Positions 18,873-29,380 of a stretch of DNA of 64,000 nt are shown piece by piece. Each line of letters begins with the position of its first letter. The first letter of the stretch is position 1. The notes below the pieces were generated by a model, which worked only from the letters and a program-made list of their open reading frames with translations, did not search any database and was not told the origin of the DNA. The position numbers and the translations under genes were made by a program. Source of the DNA: Candidatus Bathyarchaeota archaeon (lineage in GTDB: Archaea; Thermoproteota; Bathyarchaeia; 40CM-2-53-6); assembly GCA_005888755.1 (NCBI GenBank), contig VBBQ01000030.1, positions 68,085 to 132,084 on the forward strand, read 5' to 3'.

Positions 18873-19136
18873 ATGTCGCCGGCAACCTTCACTTTAGAAG
18901 TCATCGTGGAGAACAAGCCTTTGGCTCGGGATCCTGAGGGAGAGACGATCCACCACAATCTGATCCTGAAGGGAGGCTACTCACAGGTGACGAGTGTTCG
19001 GGCTGGCAAGCTCTTGCGGATGAAAGTAGAAGCCCGTTCCTCAGAAGAGGCTGAACAACTTGTGCGGAAACTCTGTGATGATCTCCGAATTTACAATCCT
19101 GCATCCCACATCTGCCAGGTCAGAGTCCTAAGCTAG
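18873..19136 (+). CDS. purS: Phosphoribosylformylglycinamidine synthase subunit PurS
   Basis: 87 aa matching the PurS pattern (LEVIVENKPLARDPEGETIHHNLILKG...VRAGKLLRMKVEA). Confidence 0.85.
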   Translation: MSPATFTLEVIVENKPLARDPEGETIHHNLILKGGYSQVTSVRAGKLLRMKVEARSSEEAEQLVRKLCDDLRIYNPASHICQVRVLS

Positions 19137-19266
19137 CTAAGCAAGCTCAGTGTCATGATTCCAGAGCAATAGGGCGTGGATCTACCGCGTTCTCCTGGCT
19201 TGACACAAGCTTGTCAAAAAAGGGCTTATTAGGCAACGAAATTCACTACTTTAGGAAATCAGGATA

Positions 19267-19986
19267 ATGGTAAAGGTCGCTGTCATCCAGTTCCCTGGAA
19301 GCAACTGCGACCTAGACGCGCTAAAGATTCTCCAGAAAACCATCAAGGTCCCAACAGACCTCGTATGGCACAAGGACCTGAAACGGGATCAGTATGATGC
19401 CTACGTTCTACCAGGCGGCTTCTCCTACGGGGACTATCTTCGCGCTGGAGCAATTGCCGCGACCAGCCCTAGTATACAAATCATTAGAGAAGCAACAGAA
19501 GAGGGCAAACCAATCCTTGGAATATGCAACGGCTTCCAGATTCTGGTAGAAGCCGGAATCCTACCAGGCGCAGTTCTCCGGAACAGTGGCCTTAGATTCG
19601 TCTGCAAGTGGACACGTCTCCGAATAGAATCCACCAAGACGCCGTTCACAAGAGGGGCGAGTAAGGGGCAGATTCTCCGGATCCCAATCGCCCACAACGA
19701 AGGCCGGTACTATCTCGATAAGGACCAGCTTGATGAACTAGAGAGGAACGAGCAAATAGTTCTGCGATATGTCGACGAGAACGATATTCCGACCGTTGAT
19801 TCAAACCCTAACGGATCCTTGGATAACATAGCCGGAATTTGTGACAAGAAAAGAAACGTGATGGGACTCATGCCCCATCCTGAAAGGGCCTCGCTCCCAA
19901 TTCTTTCTCCATCTAATCATCCGGAGGGAAGAGTCATCTTTGATTCAATGGCTGAGACCCTCGAACCTTCTCTTGGAGGAAAATAG
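19267..19986 (+). CDS. purQ: FGAM synthase glutaminase subunit PurQ
   Basis: MVKVAVIQFPGSNCD...GICNGFQIL carries the GATase1 catalytic Cys. Confidence 0.9.
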   Translation: MVKVAVIQFPGSNCDLDALKILQKTIKVPTDLVWHKDLKRDQYDAYVLPGGFSYGDYLRAGAIAATSPSIQIIREATEEGKPILGICNGFQILVEAGILPGAVLRNSGLRFVCKWTRLRIESTKTPFTRGASKGQILRIPIAHNEGRYYLDKDQLDELERNEQIVLRYVDENDIPTVDSNPNGSLDNIAGICDKKRNVMGLMPHPERASLPILSPSNHPEGRVIFDSMAETLEPSLGGK

Positions 19987-20193
19987 TTGCCCCAGCAACC
20001 TCGCTCAATTCGCCGTCTGGCTCTAGGCATATTCTCCATCGCGCTCGGCATCGTCTCACTCATCGCCTTCTTCTCCATCACGTACATCGCAGGCATCGGT
20101 TTTCTCGGCGGTTTCTACGGCTTCATATTGATAGCGCTTGGCGTAGGCTTGATCCTTCCGAAAAAGGAGCGCAAGAACGAGGAGATTCAATAA
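19987..20193 (+). CDS. Tiny 2-TM membrane protein (68 aa) inside the pur operon
   Basis: The TTG start directly abuts the purQ TAG stop. The core is hydrophobic, with a basic N-terminus and an acidic/basic C-terminus. Confidence 0.45.
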   Translation: MPQQPRSIRRLALGIFSIALGIVSLIAFFSITYIAGIGFLGGFYGFILIALGVGLILPKKERKNEEIQ

Positions 20194-20196
20194 GAC

Positions 20197-20400
20197 TTGG
20201 CAGAATCATCTACCCCCAAGAAGAGGCCAGATCCGCGCGCAACTGCTCTTGTTGCAGGAATTTTTGCCGGAGTTGTGGCCGGGCTCATCGCCTATGTCTT
20301 CGCAGGGCTCATCGGGTTCATCGTCGCGTTCATCATAGGAGTAATCACAGGTTCGCGCGCAACTCTCCTTGTTCGTAGAACACGAGAACAACCGCCATGA
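20197..20400 (+). CDS. Tiny 2-TM membrane protein (67 aa) inside the pur operon
   Basis: The ATG is 4 nt after the previous stop. Its own stop overlaps the purL ATG (ATGA coupling). Its topology resembles that of the preceding ORF. Confidence 0.45.
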   Translation: MAESSTPKKRPDPRATALVAGIFAGVVAGLIAYVFAGLIGFIVAFIIGVITGSRATLLVRRTREQPP

Positions 20401-22646
20401 CTCGGCCTATCATCGAGGAGCGTCTCAGCTTGACCCTAGTTGAAGTTCAGAAGCCCAATCTCACCGACGAAGAGGTCCAATACGCGATCCAGACGCTCCA
20501 ACGGGAGCCCAACGAAGTTGAGTGGGCAATGCTCGAAGCACAATGGTCGGAGCACTGCAGCTACAAATCCAGCAAACCACTCCTCAAGCAACTACCGAGC
20601 AAAGGAACAAAGGTCCTGGTCGGACCAGGCTTCGACGCGGGTGTAATCGACGTCGGTGACGGCTGGGTTGTAACCCTTCACATCGAATCGCACAATCATC
20701 CAAGTGCCATCGATCCTTACGGCGGGGCGGCTACCGGGGTGGGTGGAGTAGTTCGTGATATCCTCAGTCTAGGGTCACGACCCGTCGCTCTCCTCGATCC
20801 ATTGAGGTTTGGATCAATCGAAAGCTCTCACAGCCGCTGGCTCTTCGACAACGTAGTTAGGGGAATAGCAGACTATGGCAACTGCATCGGCGTTCCGACA
20901 GTCGGCGGAGAAGTGGAGTTCGATCCGTCCTTCGAGAGAAACTGCCTCGTCGACGTGGTCTGCGTCGGCCTTGGGCGAAAAGACAAACTCGTCCTGGGCG
21001 AAGCCCGCAACCCGGGCGACCTCGTCTACCTTGTTGGGGGAAGAACGGGACGAGACGGCATTCGCGGGGCAAGCTTCGCCAGCAAAACACTGGCAGACAA
21101 GTCCGACACGGAACGATCCGCCGTCCAAGTTCCAGACCCTTTCACCAAGAAGCTCATCATCGAAGCTATACTAGAGGCGGTCGAGGCGAATATCCTCCGA
21201 GGAATGAAAGATCTAGGCGGAGGCGGCCTAACATGTGGGCTCGCTGAGATAGCGGCAAAAGCCGGGACTGGGATAGAAGTCGATCTGAGCAAGATCCAAA
21301 CCCGCGAGCCCAACATGTTACCCGCAGAGGTCATGATATCAGAGTCGCAGGAAAGAATGATTCTCCTAATTCGAGAGGAAGACGAAAGGGAACTGGTCAA
21401 TATTCTCGAAAAATGGGAGCTAAGCTTCGCGAAGATTGGACACGTCACCAAGGACGGCCTCCTAACCATCCGGTGGGGAAACGAGATTGTTGCTAAGGCA
21501 CCAGCCAAGTTCGTCGCTGAGGCCCCATTCGCGACCAGGTCAGCAGTGCGCCCTAGATATCTCGATGTTCTCGCAGAAGTACCTGAGCCCGCTCTGCCTG
21601 AAGACCTCGGTCAGACTCTAATCGAACTACTCTCTAGCCCCAACATCGCTAGCAAGGAATGGATCTATCGCCAGTACGATCACGAGGTGGGCATCAGAAC
21701 CATCATAAAACCGGGACAAGCCGACTCTGCGCTACTATGCCTGCCCAACAAGCGCTCCCTCGCTCTCACAACAGATGGCAACAGCAAGCAATGCTACGTG
21801 GACCCCTACTGGGGAACCATGGGAGTCGTCTCGGAAGCACTCTGCAATCTTGTTGCCAGCGGTGCCGAGCCTGTTGCGGTCGTAGATCACCTCCAGTATG
21901 GAGACCCAGGAAATCCTGAGGTCTACTGGACGTTCAAGGAGGCCATCCGAGCTATCTCCAACTATCTCAAAGCTCTCAGCGTGCCTTGTATCGGCGGGAA
22001 GGTTAGCTTCTACAACGAAGACTCGACAAGTCGCAAGGCGATCAAACCTTCGCCAGTCATCGCCGCCCTAGGTCTAGTAGAGCCCAAAACTCCACGGATC
22101 CTACAGGCTCTCAGAAAAGAAGAGAATGATTTGATAGTTATCGGAAATACCTCTGATGAAATGGGCGGGAGCGAATATTACGAACACATTCACAAACTCG
22201 CAGGCGGCCGGGTCCCAAGGGTCAACTTGAAAAAAGAGAGAACGCTCTTGCGATCTTTGTTGAGGACCCTGAGAAGCGGCCGTGTAGAGAGTATTCACGA
22301 TGTCTCGAAAGGTGGATTGGCTGTTGCCTTGGCAGAGATGTCGGTTCAAGGCCGAAAAGGCGTAACGGTTGATCTCGATAAGGTCCCGAACAAGACGAGC
22401 AGAATGGACAACTTGCTGTTCTCAGAATCAAGATCACGATTCATCCTCGAGACAAAACCCATGAACACGACTAGAATAGTCAACTCCTTCAAGCGACTCG
22501 GGATACCTGCCTCAAAGGTTGGATCTGTATCAGACAACGGGATCGAGTTCCTTGCGAAGGGACAAGCCATGCTTACGATTCCCATGGCTGAAGCTTCAAG
22601 GGCGTGGTCCGAAGCAATCCCCGCGGCAATGGAGGCGACGATTTGA
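20397..22646 (+). CDS. purL: FGAM synthase II, large subunit PurL
   Basis: 749 aa with tandem PurM-like AIRS/AIRS_C domains, a typical PurL N-terminus, and the [23 protein letters not shown] segment. Confidence 0.95.
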   Translation: MTRPIIEERLSLTLVEVQKPNLTDEEVQYAIQTLQREPNEVEWAMLEAQWSEHCSYKSSKPLLKQLPSKGTKVLVGPGFDAGVIDVGDGWVVTLHIESHNHPSAIDPYGGAATGVGGVVRDILSLGSRPVALLDPLRFGSIESSHSRWLFDNVVRGIADYGNCIGVPTVGGEVEFDPSFERNCLVDVVCVGLGRKDKLVLGEARNPGDLVYLVGGRTGRDGIRGASFASKTLADKSDTERSAVQVPDPFTKKLIIEAILEAVEANILRGMKDLGGGGLTCGLAEIAAKAGTGIEVDLSKIQTREPNMLPAEVMISESQERMILLIREEDERELVNILEKWELSFAKIGHVTKDGLLTIRWGNEIVAKAPAKFVAEAPFATRSAVRPRYLDVLAEVPEPALPEDLGQTLIELLSSPNIASKEWIYRQYDHEVGIRTIIKPGQADSALLCLPNKRSLALTTDGNSKQCYVDPYWGTMGVVSEALCNLVASGAEPVAVVDHLQYGDPGNPEVYWTFKEAIRAISNYLKALSVPCIGGKVSFYNEDSTSRKAIKPSPVIAALGLVEPKTPRILQALRKEENDLIVIGNTSDEMGGSEYYEHIHKLAGGRVPRVNLKKERTLLRSLLRTLRSGRVESIHDVSKGGLAVALAEMSVQGRKGVTVDLDKVPNKTSRMDNLLFSESRSRFILETKPMNTTRIVNSFKRLGIPASKVGSVSDNGIEFLAKGQAMLTIPMAEASRAWSEAIPAAMEATI

Positions 22647-24073
22647 AAGAGCACTGTGGCGTCCTCGCCATATATTCAATGGAGAAGCAGTCTGTCGCCG
22701 AGCGCATTGTCAAAGGACTCGCGGCACTACAGCACCGGGGCCAGGAGTCGTGGGGAATCGCCGTTCCCGGCGAGCCTATTCTCAAGGGCCTAGGCCTGAT
22801 AGGCCAGGGCGCGGATGCTAATGCGAAGAAGATTCTCAGCTTTACTAGCAATCGTGGAATAGGACATGTGCGCTACTCGACTCGCGGACGGACGACGTTA
22901 GAGAACGCGCATCCGCTCGACATTCGCGGCGAGTTCGCCATTGCCCAGAATGGGACTATCGCGAACACAGAGGATCTTGAGCCCATCGTGGAAAAAGAAT
23001 TTCCCATCTTAGGTTCTACGACAGACACGAAGCTCGCTGGATACCGTCTCCTCCAACACTACCGTGCTGAACACGACTGGACCCGTGCGTTCCACAAGCT
23101 GAGCAAAGAGCTGAGTGGCTCGTACAGCTTCGTCATGATAACCCATGACGGCGAGGTCTTGGCGGCTAGAGACGAGGCAGGCTATAGACCGCTCTGTCTT
23201 GGATACGATCCTGACACGGACACTCACATCGTGGCGAGCGAGAGTTGCGCCCTCACGGCTCTCCAGGCGGACTTTGTCAGGGATGTTCAACCTGGCGAGC
23301 TTGTCAGTTTGTCTGAAAACGGCCTCAAAATAACAAGATTTGCCGACTCACCACGCCACTACCACTGCCCGTTCGAGTACACATACTTCGGGCATCCCAG
23401 CAGTAGGATCGATGACCACTACGTTTACGACGCTAGACGAAAGCTCGGCAGAGTTCTCGCCCGAAAATACCCGTTCAAAGCCGATGTTGTAATTCCAGTC
23501 CCCGACTCCGCTAGACCAGCAGCCCTCGGCTATTCCGAGGAGAGCGGTATACCAATGGAGGAGGGTTTGATGAAAGACCGATACCGCAGAAAGGGAAGCC
23601 TCCGCAGCTTCATCGAGCCAACGGCCAAGAGCCGGGAAGAGATTGTCCGCGAGATCATCACCATCAAACCCGTCGTTGACGGCAAAGATGTCATTGTGGT
23701 CGATGACAGCATCGTTCGCGGAACTAGCAGCAGAAACATCGTCCAGTCCCTCCGCGACGCAGGGGCGAAAAAAGTCTTCATGGTCGTCACTTTCCCGCCC
23801 ATCCGGCACCCATGTTACATGGGCATCGATTTCCCGACACGGGAAGAGTTGCTTGCGAACAAAGCAGATGGCGAGACCCTCAACATCGCTGAACTCAACA
23901 AGAAAGTCGCGCGTGAAATCGGCGTCGACGGTCTCGGCTACAACGACATCAACGGTCTAAGTGAGGGAATAGGCCTCGGCAAAGACGAAATGTGTTTCGC
24001 ATGCGTCACCGGCGAGTATCTGGGTCTGAAGAAAGATCCTGTGCTTCGGACCCGGGAAGAAATGAAGGCCTAG
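22604..24073 (+). CDS. purF: Amidophosphoribosyltransferase PurF (Fe-S type). A short propeptide precedes the Cys, or the start is the TTG at 22643.
   Basis: (KEH)CGVLAIYS is the Ntn-nucleophile Cys. [13 protein letters not shown] is the PRTase motif. There is a C-terminal CFAC cluster ligand pair. The start overlaps the purL stop. Confidence 0.9.
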   Translation: MVRSNPRGNGGDDLKEHCGVLAIYSMEKQSVAERIVKGLAALQHRGQESWGIAVPGEPILKGLGLIGQGADANAKKILSFTSNRGIGHVRYSTRGRTTLENAHPLDIRGEFAIAQNGTIANTEDLEPIVEKEFPILGSTTDTKLAGYRLLQHYRAEHDWTRAFHKLSKELSGSYSFVMITHDGEVLAARDEAGYRPLCLGYDPDTDTHIVASESCALTALQADFVRDVQPGELVSLSENGLKITRFADSPRHYHCPFEYTYFGHPSSRIDDHYVYDARRKLGRVLARKYPFKADVVIPVPDSARPAALGYSEESGIPMEEGLMKDRYRRKGSLRSFIEPTAKSREEIVREIITIKPVVDGKDVIVVDDSIVRGTSSRNIVQSLRDAGAKKVFMVVTFPPIRHPCYMGIDFPTREELLANKADGETLNIAELNKKVAREIGVDGLGYNDINGLSEGIGLGKDEMCFACVTGEYLGLKKDPVLRTREEMKA

Positions 24074-24080
24074 CCCAACA

Positions 24081-25382
24081 ATGCCGGGCCTGATAGGATT
24101 CTACACCTTCGGCGAAGGACGAGAAAACTGGGACGCGTCCCACTTCATCCACTACGGGCTTAGCGCCCTCCAAGGCCGAGGACAAGAATCCATCAGCTTA
24201 GCAACCATCGGACCGGGAAACACTCTACACACTCTCGGGGGAAAAGGAGGCGTCGAGGAATTCTTCCAGAAAAACAAGACAACCCTTCCAAAAGGTTTCA
24301 TTGGAATCGGACAAACATCCTCCTACGAGGATGACTATCTCGTCCACGTAAAAACGCCCTGCGAGCTAGCTCTCGCACTCGACGGAAAGACAGACCTCCA
24401 CGAAAACCGAGGCGAAGCCACCAGACTCTTCGCCCGACAACTCTCACAACTCCTCCACAGCGAGAAGGAACCCCTCAAAGCGACCTCGATGCTCATCAAC
24501 AAGATAGGAGGAGGCTACTCTTTCGTCGCCCTCACTCACAAACAAGAGCTCATCGCAGGAAGGAACCCGCTCGGAGTAAAACCGCTCGAAACTGGAAGCG
24601 TTGGTTTCGACATTGCAGCCGTCGCATCCGAAACCTGCGCCCTCGACGTGATGGGCATTGACAACACAGGACCAGTTGAAACCGGAGAAGTCATCATCCA
24701 CACCCCCGAGGATATTCGAGGAAACACACCCGCAAACAGCCCAAGTAGCTTCTGCAGCTACGAATACGTCTACCTCGCAAGACTCGACAGCAACGTCAAC
24801 ACTCTACCGGTAGCCAAGATCAGAAACAGCATCGGAAGAGAAATGGCGAAAGCTCATCCGGTCAAAGCTGACGTTGTAATCGGTGTTCCAGAGACTGCGC
24901 TCTCGATCGCCAACGGATACAGTCAGGAATCTGGCATTCCGGAGGAATTCGGCTTCATGCGGACCGGAGAGAATATTCGTGCAGCCCTCAAATCAACGCA
25001 GAAGGAACGTCTCCTGGGAGTCCAGCTCAAGCTCAACCCAATCAAGAGCGCGATCGAAGGCAAAGACATCGTATTGGTAGACGATAGCGTGGTCAGGGGA
25101 AATACTCTACAAAACACTGTCTTCAATCTCAAACGCAACGGCGCCCGACGAATACACGTCCGAATCGGAAGCCCAGCACTCGTCTCACCATGCCCCTACG
25201 GAGTCGAGATCCCGCCTAGGGATGAACTGGTTTCCGGCAACCTGAACGAGAAAGAACTCGCGAACACTGTAGGGGCGGACAGCATATCGTTCATGACCGT
25301 CGAAGAACTCCAGCACGCTATCGGCCTCCCAAGACAGAGTCTCTGCATGTGTTGTTTTGAGAAAGGAGCTGGGACACAATGA
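24081..25382 (+). CDS. PurF paralog lacking the N-terminal catalytic Cys (MPGLIGF...), with an intact PRTase domain
   Basis: It is collinear with PurF and keeps DIVLVDDSVVRGNT and a C-terminal CMCC. Position 1 is Pro rather than Cys. Confidence 0.8.
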   Translation: MPGLIGFYTFGEGRENWDASHFIHYGLSALQGRGQESISLATIGPGNTLHTLGGKGGVEEFFQKNKTTLPKGFIGIGQTSSYEDDYLVHVKTPCELALALDGKTDLHENRGEATRLFARQLSQLLHSEKEPLKATSMLINKIGGGYSFVALTHKQELIAGRNPLGVKPLETGSVGFDIAAVASETCALDVMGIDNTGPVETGEVIIHTPEDIRGNTPANSPSSFCSYEYVYLARLDSNVNTLPVAKIRNSIGREMAKAHPVKADVVIGVPETALSIANGYSQESGIPEEFGFMRTGENIRAALKSTQKERLLGVQLKLNPIKSAIEGKDIVLVDDSVVRGNTLQNTVFNLKRNGARRIHVRIGSPALVSPCPYGVEIPPRDELVSGNLNEKELANTVGADSISFMTVEELQHAIGLPRQSLCMCCFEKGAGTQ

Positions 25383-26871
25383 GAATAATGGGTATCGGTG
25401 GAGGTGCTCGCGAACACGCGATCGCTTGGAAGCTAGGTCTCAGCGATCACAAACCGGAGATCTTCTGGATTGCCGAGAATCGGAATCCAGGAATTCACAA
25501 GATCTGCAGAGACAACCAGGGAGAACTTCGTACCGGCAGAACAACAGACGCAAAGACGATAGTCAGGTCTGCCCGAGGCTGGGGAATCGACATGGTGGTA
25601 GTCGGACCCGAGGAGCCTGGCTTCCATGGCATACCAGATGCTCTCGAAAAGGAAGGTGTCCACTGTATTGGCGCGACTCAAGAGCTCTCGGTCATAGAAC
25701 GTTCGAAGGCAAGCTTCTGTTTCGAACCTTCAAGAACGCACGAGAAGCCTCAGACTGTATTCGGAAAAACATCGAATCTCAGCCCTGGCTTCAGAACATC
25801 GTCATCAAGCCCGCCCGTCAATCCGGCGGTAAGGGCGTTAAACTGATCGAGGACCGCCAGGTCTATCTTCACGACGACAAAGAGCGTTTCAAAGAAGCCT
25901 ACTTCGATTCTCTCCAAGCCAGCATGGCTGCCTACTCTGACATCGAGGACAAGATTCTGGTTGAGGAGAAGGCTTGGGGTCCCGAGTATTCCCTGCAATG
26001 CTTTACAGACGGCAAAACCGTTCTCGGCACCCCTCTCGTCCAGGACAACAAGAGCGCTCACGAATTCGACAGCGGACCCGAGACAGGTGGAATGGGCAGC
26101 ATCTCAGGTCCTGACATGACCCTCCCATTCATCACTCGAGAAGAATATGACAAGTCGCTGAAGGTCGTCGAGGGAATCGTTGAGTCCATTCAGAAAAAAA
26201 CCGGCAAATCCTACCACGGCATGGTCGGCGGACAGATGATGCTCACCGAAAACGAGGGACCGACCGTCATCGAGATGTACTCGCGGCTGGGCGATCCCGA
26301 AGCTCTCAACATGCTTGCGATGCTCAAGACAGACATCATCGACATCTTCCAAGCCATCGTTGAAAGACAGCTGTCTAAGCTAAAGCTCGAATTCACCAAC
26401 GAAGACGCTGTGGTCGTGAAAGTCGTGGCTCCTAATGGCTATCCCGAAAAACGGGACAAAGCCAAGGGTCACTCAGTTCAGGTTTTTGAGACAAACATCA
26501 AACGTAATGGTTGCTATCTTTTCTGGGGAAACGCTGACCTACACGGAGATGGCCAAGTGATCACGGGCGGCTCCCGTCTTCTCGCGCTGATGGCCATGGA
26601 TCATACTCTTCCACCAGCCAGCGCGAGGATCGAAAAAACGATGTCGAGCGTCCAGCTCGCTGATGGATGGGGACTTTACCACCGGAGCGACATAGGCTCA
26701 CAACAACTTCTCGCAAAGAGACAGGGTGTAGCGGAACGAGTCCGTCGGCTCTACACGTATAGGGAAGAACACGGAATTCTCGGTAGCAGAATGGGATGGG
26801 TTCCAGGGGTCGGCAGGGTCGACCCGTCACATTTGATGCTGCAAGGGATGCATGGGCCCGAAAAGGGTTAG
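25379..26871 (+). CDS. purD: Phosphoribosylamine-glycine ligase PurD, interrupted by a +1 frameshift near 25700-25725
   Basis: The N-domain MRIMGIGGGAREHAIAWKL...ERSKAS runs in frame 2 from 25379 and stops at 25846. The ATP-grasp and C-terminal domains, IVIKPARQSGGKGV...MYSRLGDPEA...YHRSDIG, run in frame 1 to 26871. Confidence 0.8.
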
Positions 26872-26875
26872 CTGA

Positions 26876-27499
26876 ATGGTCCCGATCGGCGTCTTAGCGT
26901 CAGGACGGGGTTCAAACCTTGACGCCGTACTAGACGCGATCGATAATCGATATCTTACCAATTGCGAGGTCAAGATCGTCATCAGCAACAGACCAAACGC
27001 GCCAGCTCTCGACATAGCCAAGAAACATCATGTTCAGACAATCACACTGGATGACAAGGGTGTCCCGAAGAAAAACTGGGACTACGACCAGAAAACTATC
27101 GCTTCTCTCAAATCATTTGGTGTGGTACCTAAAGACGGGCTCATCGTTCTTGCAGGTTATCTCCGGATTCTCAGTGAACAGTTCGTCGATCTCTACTCTC
27201 GCAGAATCATAAACGTACACCCTGCTCTACTTCCGTCGTTTCCAGGTTTGGAAGCTCAGAAGCAAGCCCTCGATCATGGCGTCAAGGTTACAGGTTGTAC
27301 CGTCCATCTTGTTGACAGAGAGGTCGATCACGGTCCCATACTTCTTCAGACAGCAGTCGCGATCCGTGACGACGACACTGTGGAAACCCTTTCGAGCCGT
27401 ATCCTGAGAGAAGAGCACCGAATTCTTCCCGAAGCAATCAGACTCCTCACCGAGGATCAGTTGAGGTTTGAAGGGAGGAGGGTTCTCTTCAAGAATTGA
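26876..27499 (+). CDS. purN: Phosphoribosylglycinamide formyltransferase PurN
   Basis: IGVLASGRGSNL...NVHPALLPSFPG, with Formyl_trans_N motifs. Confidence 0.9.
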   Translation: MVPIGVLASGRGSNLDAVLDAIDNRYLTNCEVKIVISNRPNAPALDIAKKHHVQTITLDDKGVPKKNWDYDQKTIASLKSFGVVPKDGLIVLAGYLRILSEQFVDLYSRRIINVHPALLPSFPGLEAQKQALDHGVKVTGCTVHLVDREVDHGPILLQTAVAIRDDDTVETLSSRILREEHRILPEAIRLLTEDQLRFEGRRVLFKN

Positions 27500-28356
27500 C
27501 AGCCATTCTCATGGACGGCAGATTGGTCGCTGGAGAGGTCAAGGAACAGGTCGTTCAGCACGTCCAACAACTGGAAAAACATGGGACTGCGCCGCTCCTC
27601 GCTACAGTTCAGGTTGGAGACGACTATGCCAGTGCGTCCTACCTCAAAGCCAAGCATAAGGCCGCTGTCGAGGTTGGAATAAGATCCGAGAGCCACCATT
27701 TACCCGCCGACACTTCCCAGGACAAGCTGGAGGCCTTGCTTGGCCAGCTCAACACTAACCCAAAGGTCAACGGGATACTCGTTCAACTGCCACTACCCCC
27801 AGGCTTAGACGAGGAGAAGGTAATCGAGAGAATCATACCCTACAAGGACGTAGACGGATTACATCCAATCAACGCTGGCAAACTGGCAGCGGGCCGTGAG
27901 GAGCTGGTAGCTTGCACGCCAAAAGGCGTTATCAAACTGCTAAACTATTACAAAGTTCCTGTTGCTGGATCCCGTACGGTTATCATCAACCGGAGCAATC
28001 TCGTCGGCCGACCCCTTGCCAATCTCCTTCTCAATCGAGATGCGACCGTTACCGTTTGCCACTCCAAGACGCCCAACCTCTCCGGGATGACAAGGACCGC
28101 CGATATCCTAGTCAGTGCGGTTGGGAAAGAAATCTTCCAGATTCGCGCAGACCACGTAAAACCCCACTCAGCCGTAGTCGATGTTGGTTTGACAAGAGTT
28201 GATGGAAAGCTCCGGGGGGATGTGGATTTTGACAAGGTCAACAGAGTAGCCGGTTATATTACACCGGTCCCGGGAGGCGTTGGACCAATGACGGTCGCGT
28301 GTCTGCTCGAGAACACGGTATTAGCTGCGAGTATCCAAATTGGCTTGAAATTTTGA
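27496..28356 (+). CDS. folD: Methylene-THF dehydrogenase / methenyl-THF cyclohydrolase FolD
   Basis: ILMDGRLVAGEVKEQV...YLKAKHKA...GILVQLPLP...VINRSNLVGRPLANLLL. Confidence 0.9.
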   Translation: MTAILMDGRLVAGEVKEQVVQHVQQLEKHGTAPLLATVQVGDDYASASYLKAKHKAAVEVGIRSESHHLPADTSQDKLEALLGQLNTNPKVNGILVQLPLPPGLDEEKVIERIIPYKDVDGLHPINAGKLAAGREELVACTPKGVIKLLNYYKVPVAGSRTVIINRSNLVGRPLANLLLNRDATVTVCHSKTPNLSGMTRTADILVSAVGKEIFQIRADHVKPHSAVVDVGLTRVDGKLRGDVDFDKVNRVAGYITPVPGGVGPMTVACLLENTVLAASIQIGLKF

Positions 28357-28949
28357 GCGAGGCTCAAACCGCTGTTGAGAAAGAACAGTTCAGACGATAC
28401 ATTCTACGCCTTAGAGACAGGCAGTCGACTCGAGACATAGAACAGAAGAGTATGGAAATCATGGATCAGGTTCTGCATCTCAACGAGTATGTCCGCGCGA
28501 GAGGTATCGCATGCTATGTCAGCAAGGACAGTGAAGTTGATACTCGTCGGTTAATTCGAAAAGCCCTAGATGCAAACAAACGTGTTCTTGTCCCGGTTGT
28601 AAAGAAAGGAGACATTGACCTCTTCTTCTCCGAGATCAAAGACCTCGGGAAAGAACTCGCGCCTGGAAGTTTCAATATTCCCGAGCCGAAAGCGGAGTAT
28701 CTTAGACCGGCAAGCCTCGATGCTATCGATGTTCTCTTCGTTCCAGGGATAGTATGGGACAAGGAAGGCTACCGTCTCGGCTGGGGCAGGGGATACTTTG
28801 ACCGTGTTCTCAAAACGCTTCCCGAGCACGTTCGTTCGATCGGACTATCGTTCAATCTGCAGCTTGTCAATCGCGTTCCTCGGGATCAGTTTGATTTACC
28901 AGTGAACACGGTAGTGACAGAATCTCGCGTCGTGCGGTGTCATAGTTGA
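28299..28949 (+). CDS. 5-formyltetrahydrofolate cyclo-ligase (MTHFS)
   Basis: The GWGRGYFDRVL motif. It overlaps the folD 3' end by 58 nt. Confidence 0.8.
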   Translation: MSAREHGISCEYPNWLEILSEAQTAVEKEQFRRYILRLRDRQSTRDIEQKSMEIMDQVLHLNEYVRARGIACYVSKDSEVDTRRLIRKALDANKRVLVPVVKKGDIDLFFSEIKDLGKELAPGSFNIPEPKAEYLRPASLDAIDVLFVPGIVWDKEGYRLGWGRGYFDRVLKTLPEHVRSIGLSFNLQLVNRVPRDQFDLPVNTVVTESRVVRCHS

Positions 28950-29380
28950 CTAGAAGCGTTAGCATCGTCATGGGCTCCGAGAGCGACCGAGAGATCGCCA
29001 AGAAAGCCGAGACCATATTTGAGAAGCTTGGAATTCCATTCGAGACGAAGGTTCTCTCAAGTCACCGGAACCACAAAGAGCTCGACAAGTACGTCGAGGG
29101 TTCCAAGTCTGAGGTCTACATTGCGATCGCAGGTCTTAGCGCGGCTCTACCCGGTTTCGTAGCGTCCCTGACCAACAAGCCGGTAATTGGGGTCCCAGTC
29201 TCAGGCAAGCTCAATCTCGACTCTATCCTCTCGATCGTTCAGCTCCCATCAGGTGTCCCCGTAGGCACAGTCGGTCTGGATAATGGAACGAATGCGGCAC
29301 TTCTAGCCGCAGAGATTCTTGCTCTCTCTGACTCGGAAGTTGCAAGGAAACTCCAACAGCACCGGGGTGTAGGTATCTAG
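28946..29380 (+). CDS. purE: N5-CAIR mutase / AIR carboxylase catalytic subunit PurE
   Basis: VSIVMGSESD...IAIAGLSAALPG. Confidence 0.9.
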   Translation: MTRSVSIVMGSESDREIAKKAETIFEKLGIPFETKVLSSHRNHKELDKYVEGSKSEVYIAIAGLSAALPGFVASLTNKPVIGVPVSGKLNLDSILSIVQLPSGVPVGTVGLDNGTNAALLAAEILALSDSEVARKLQQHRGVGI

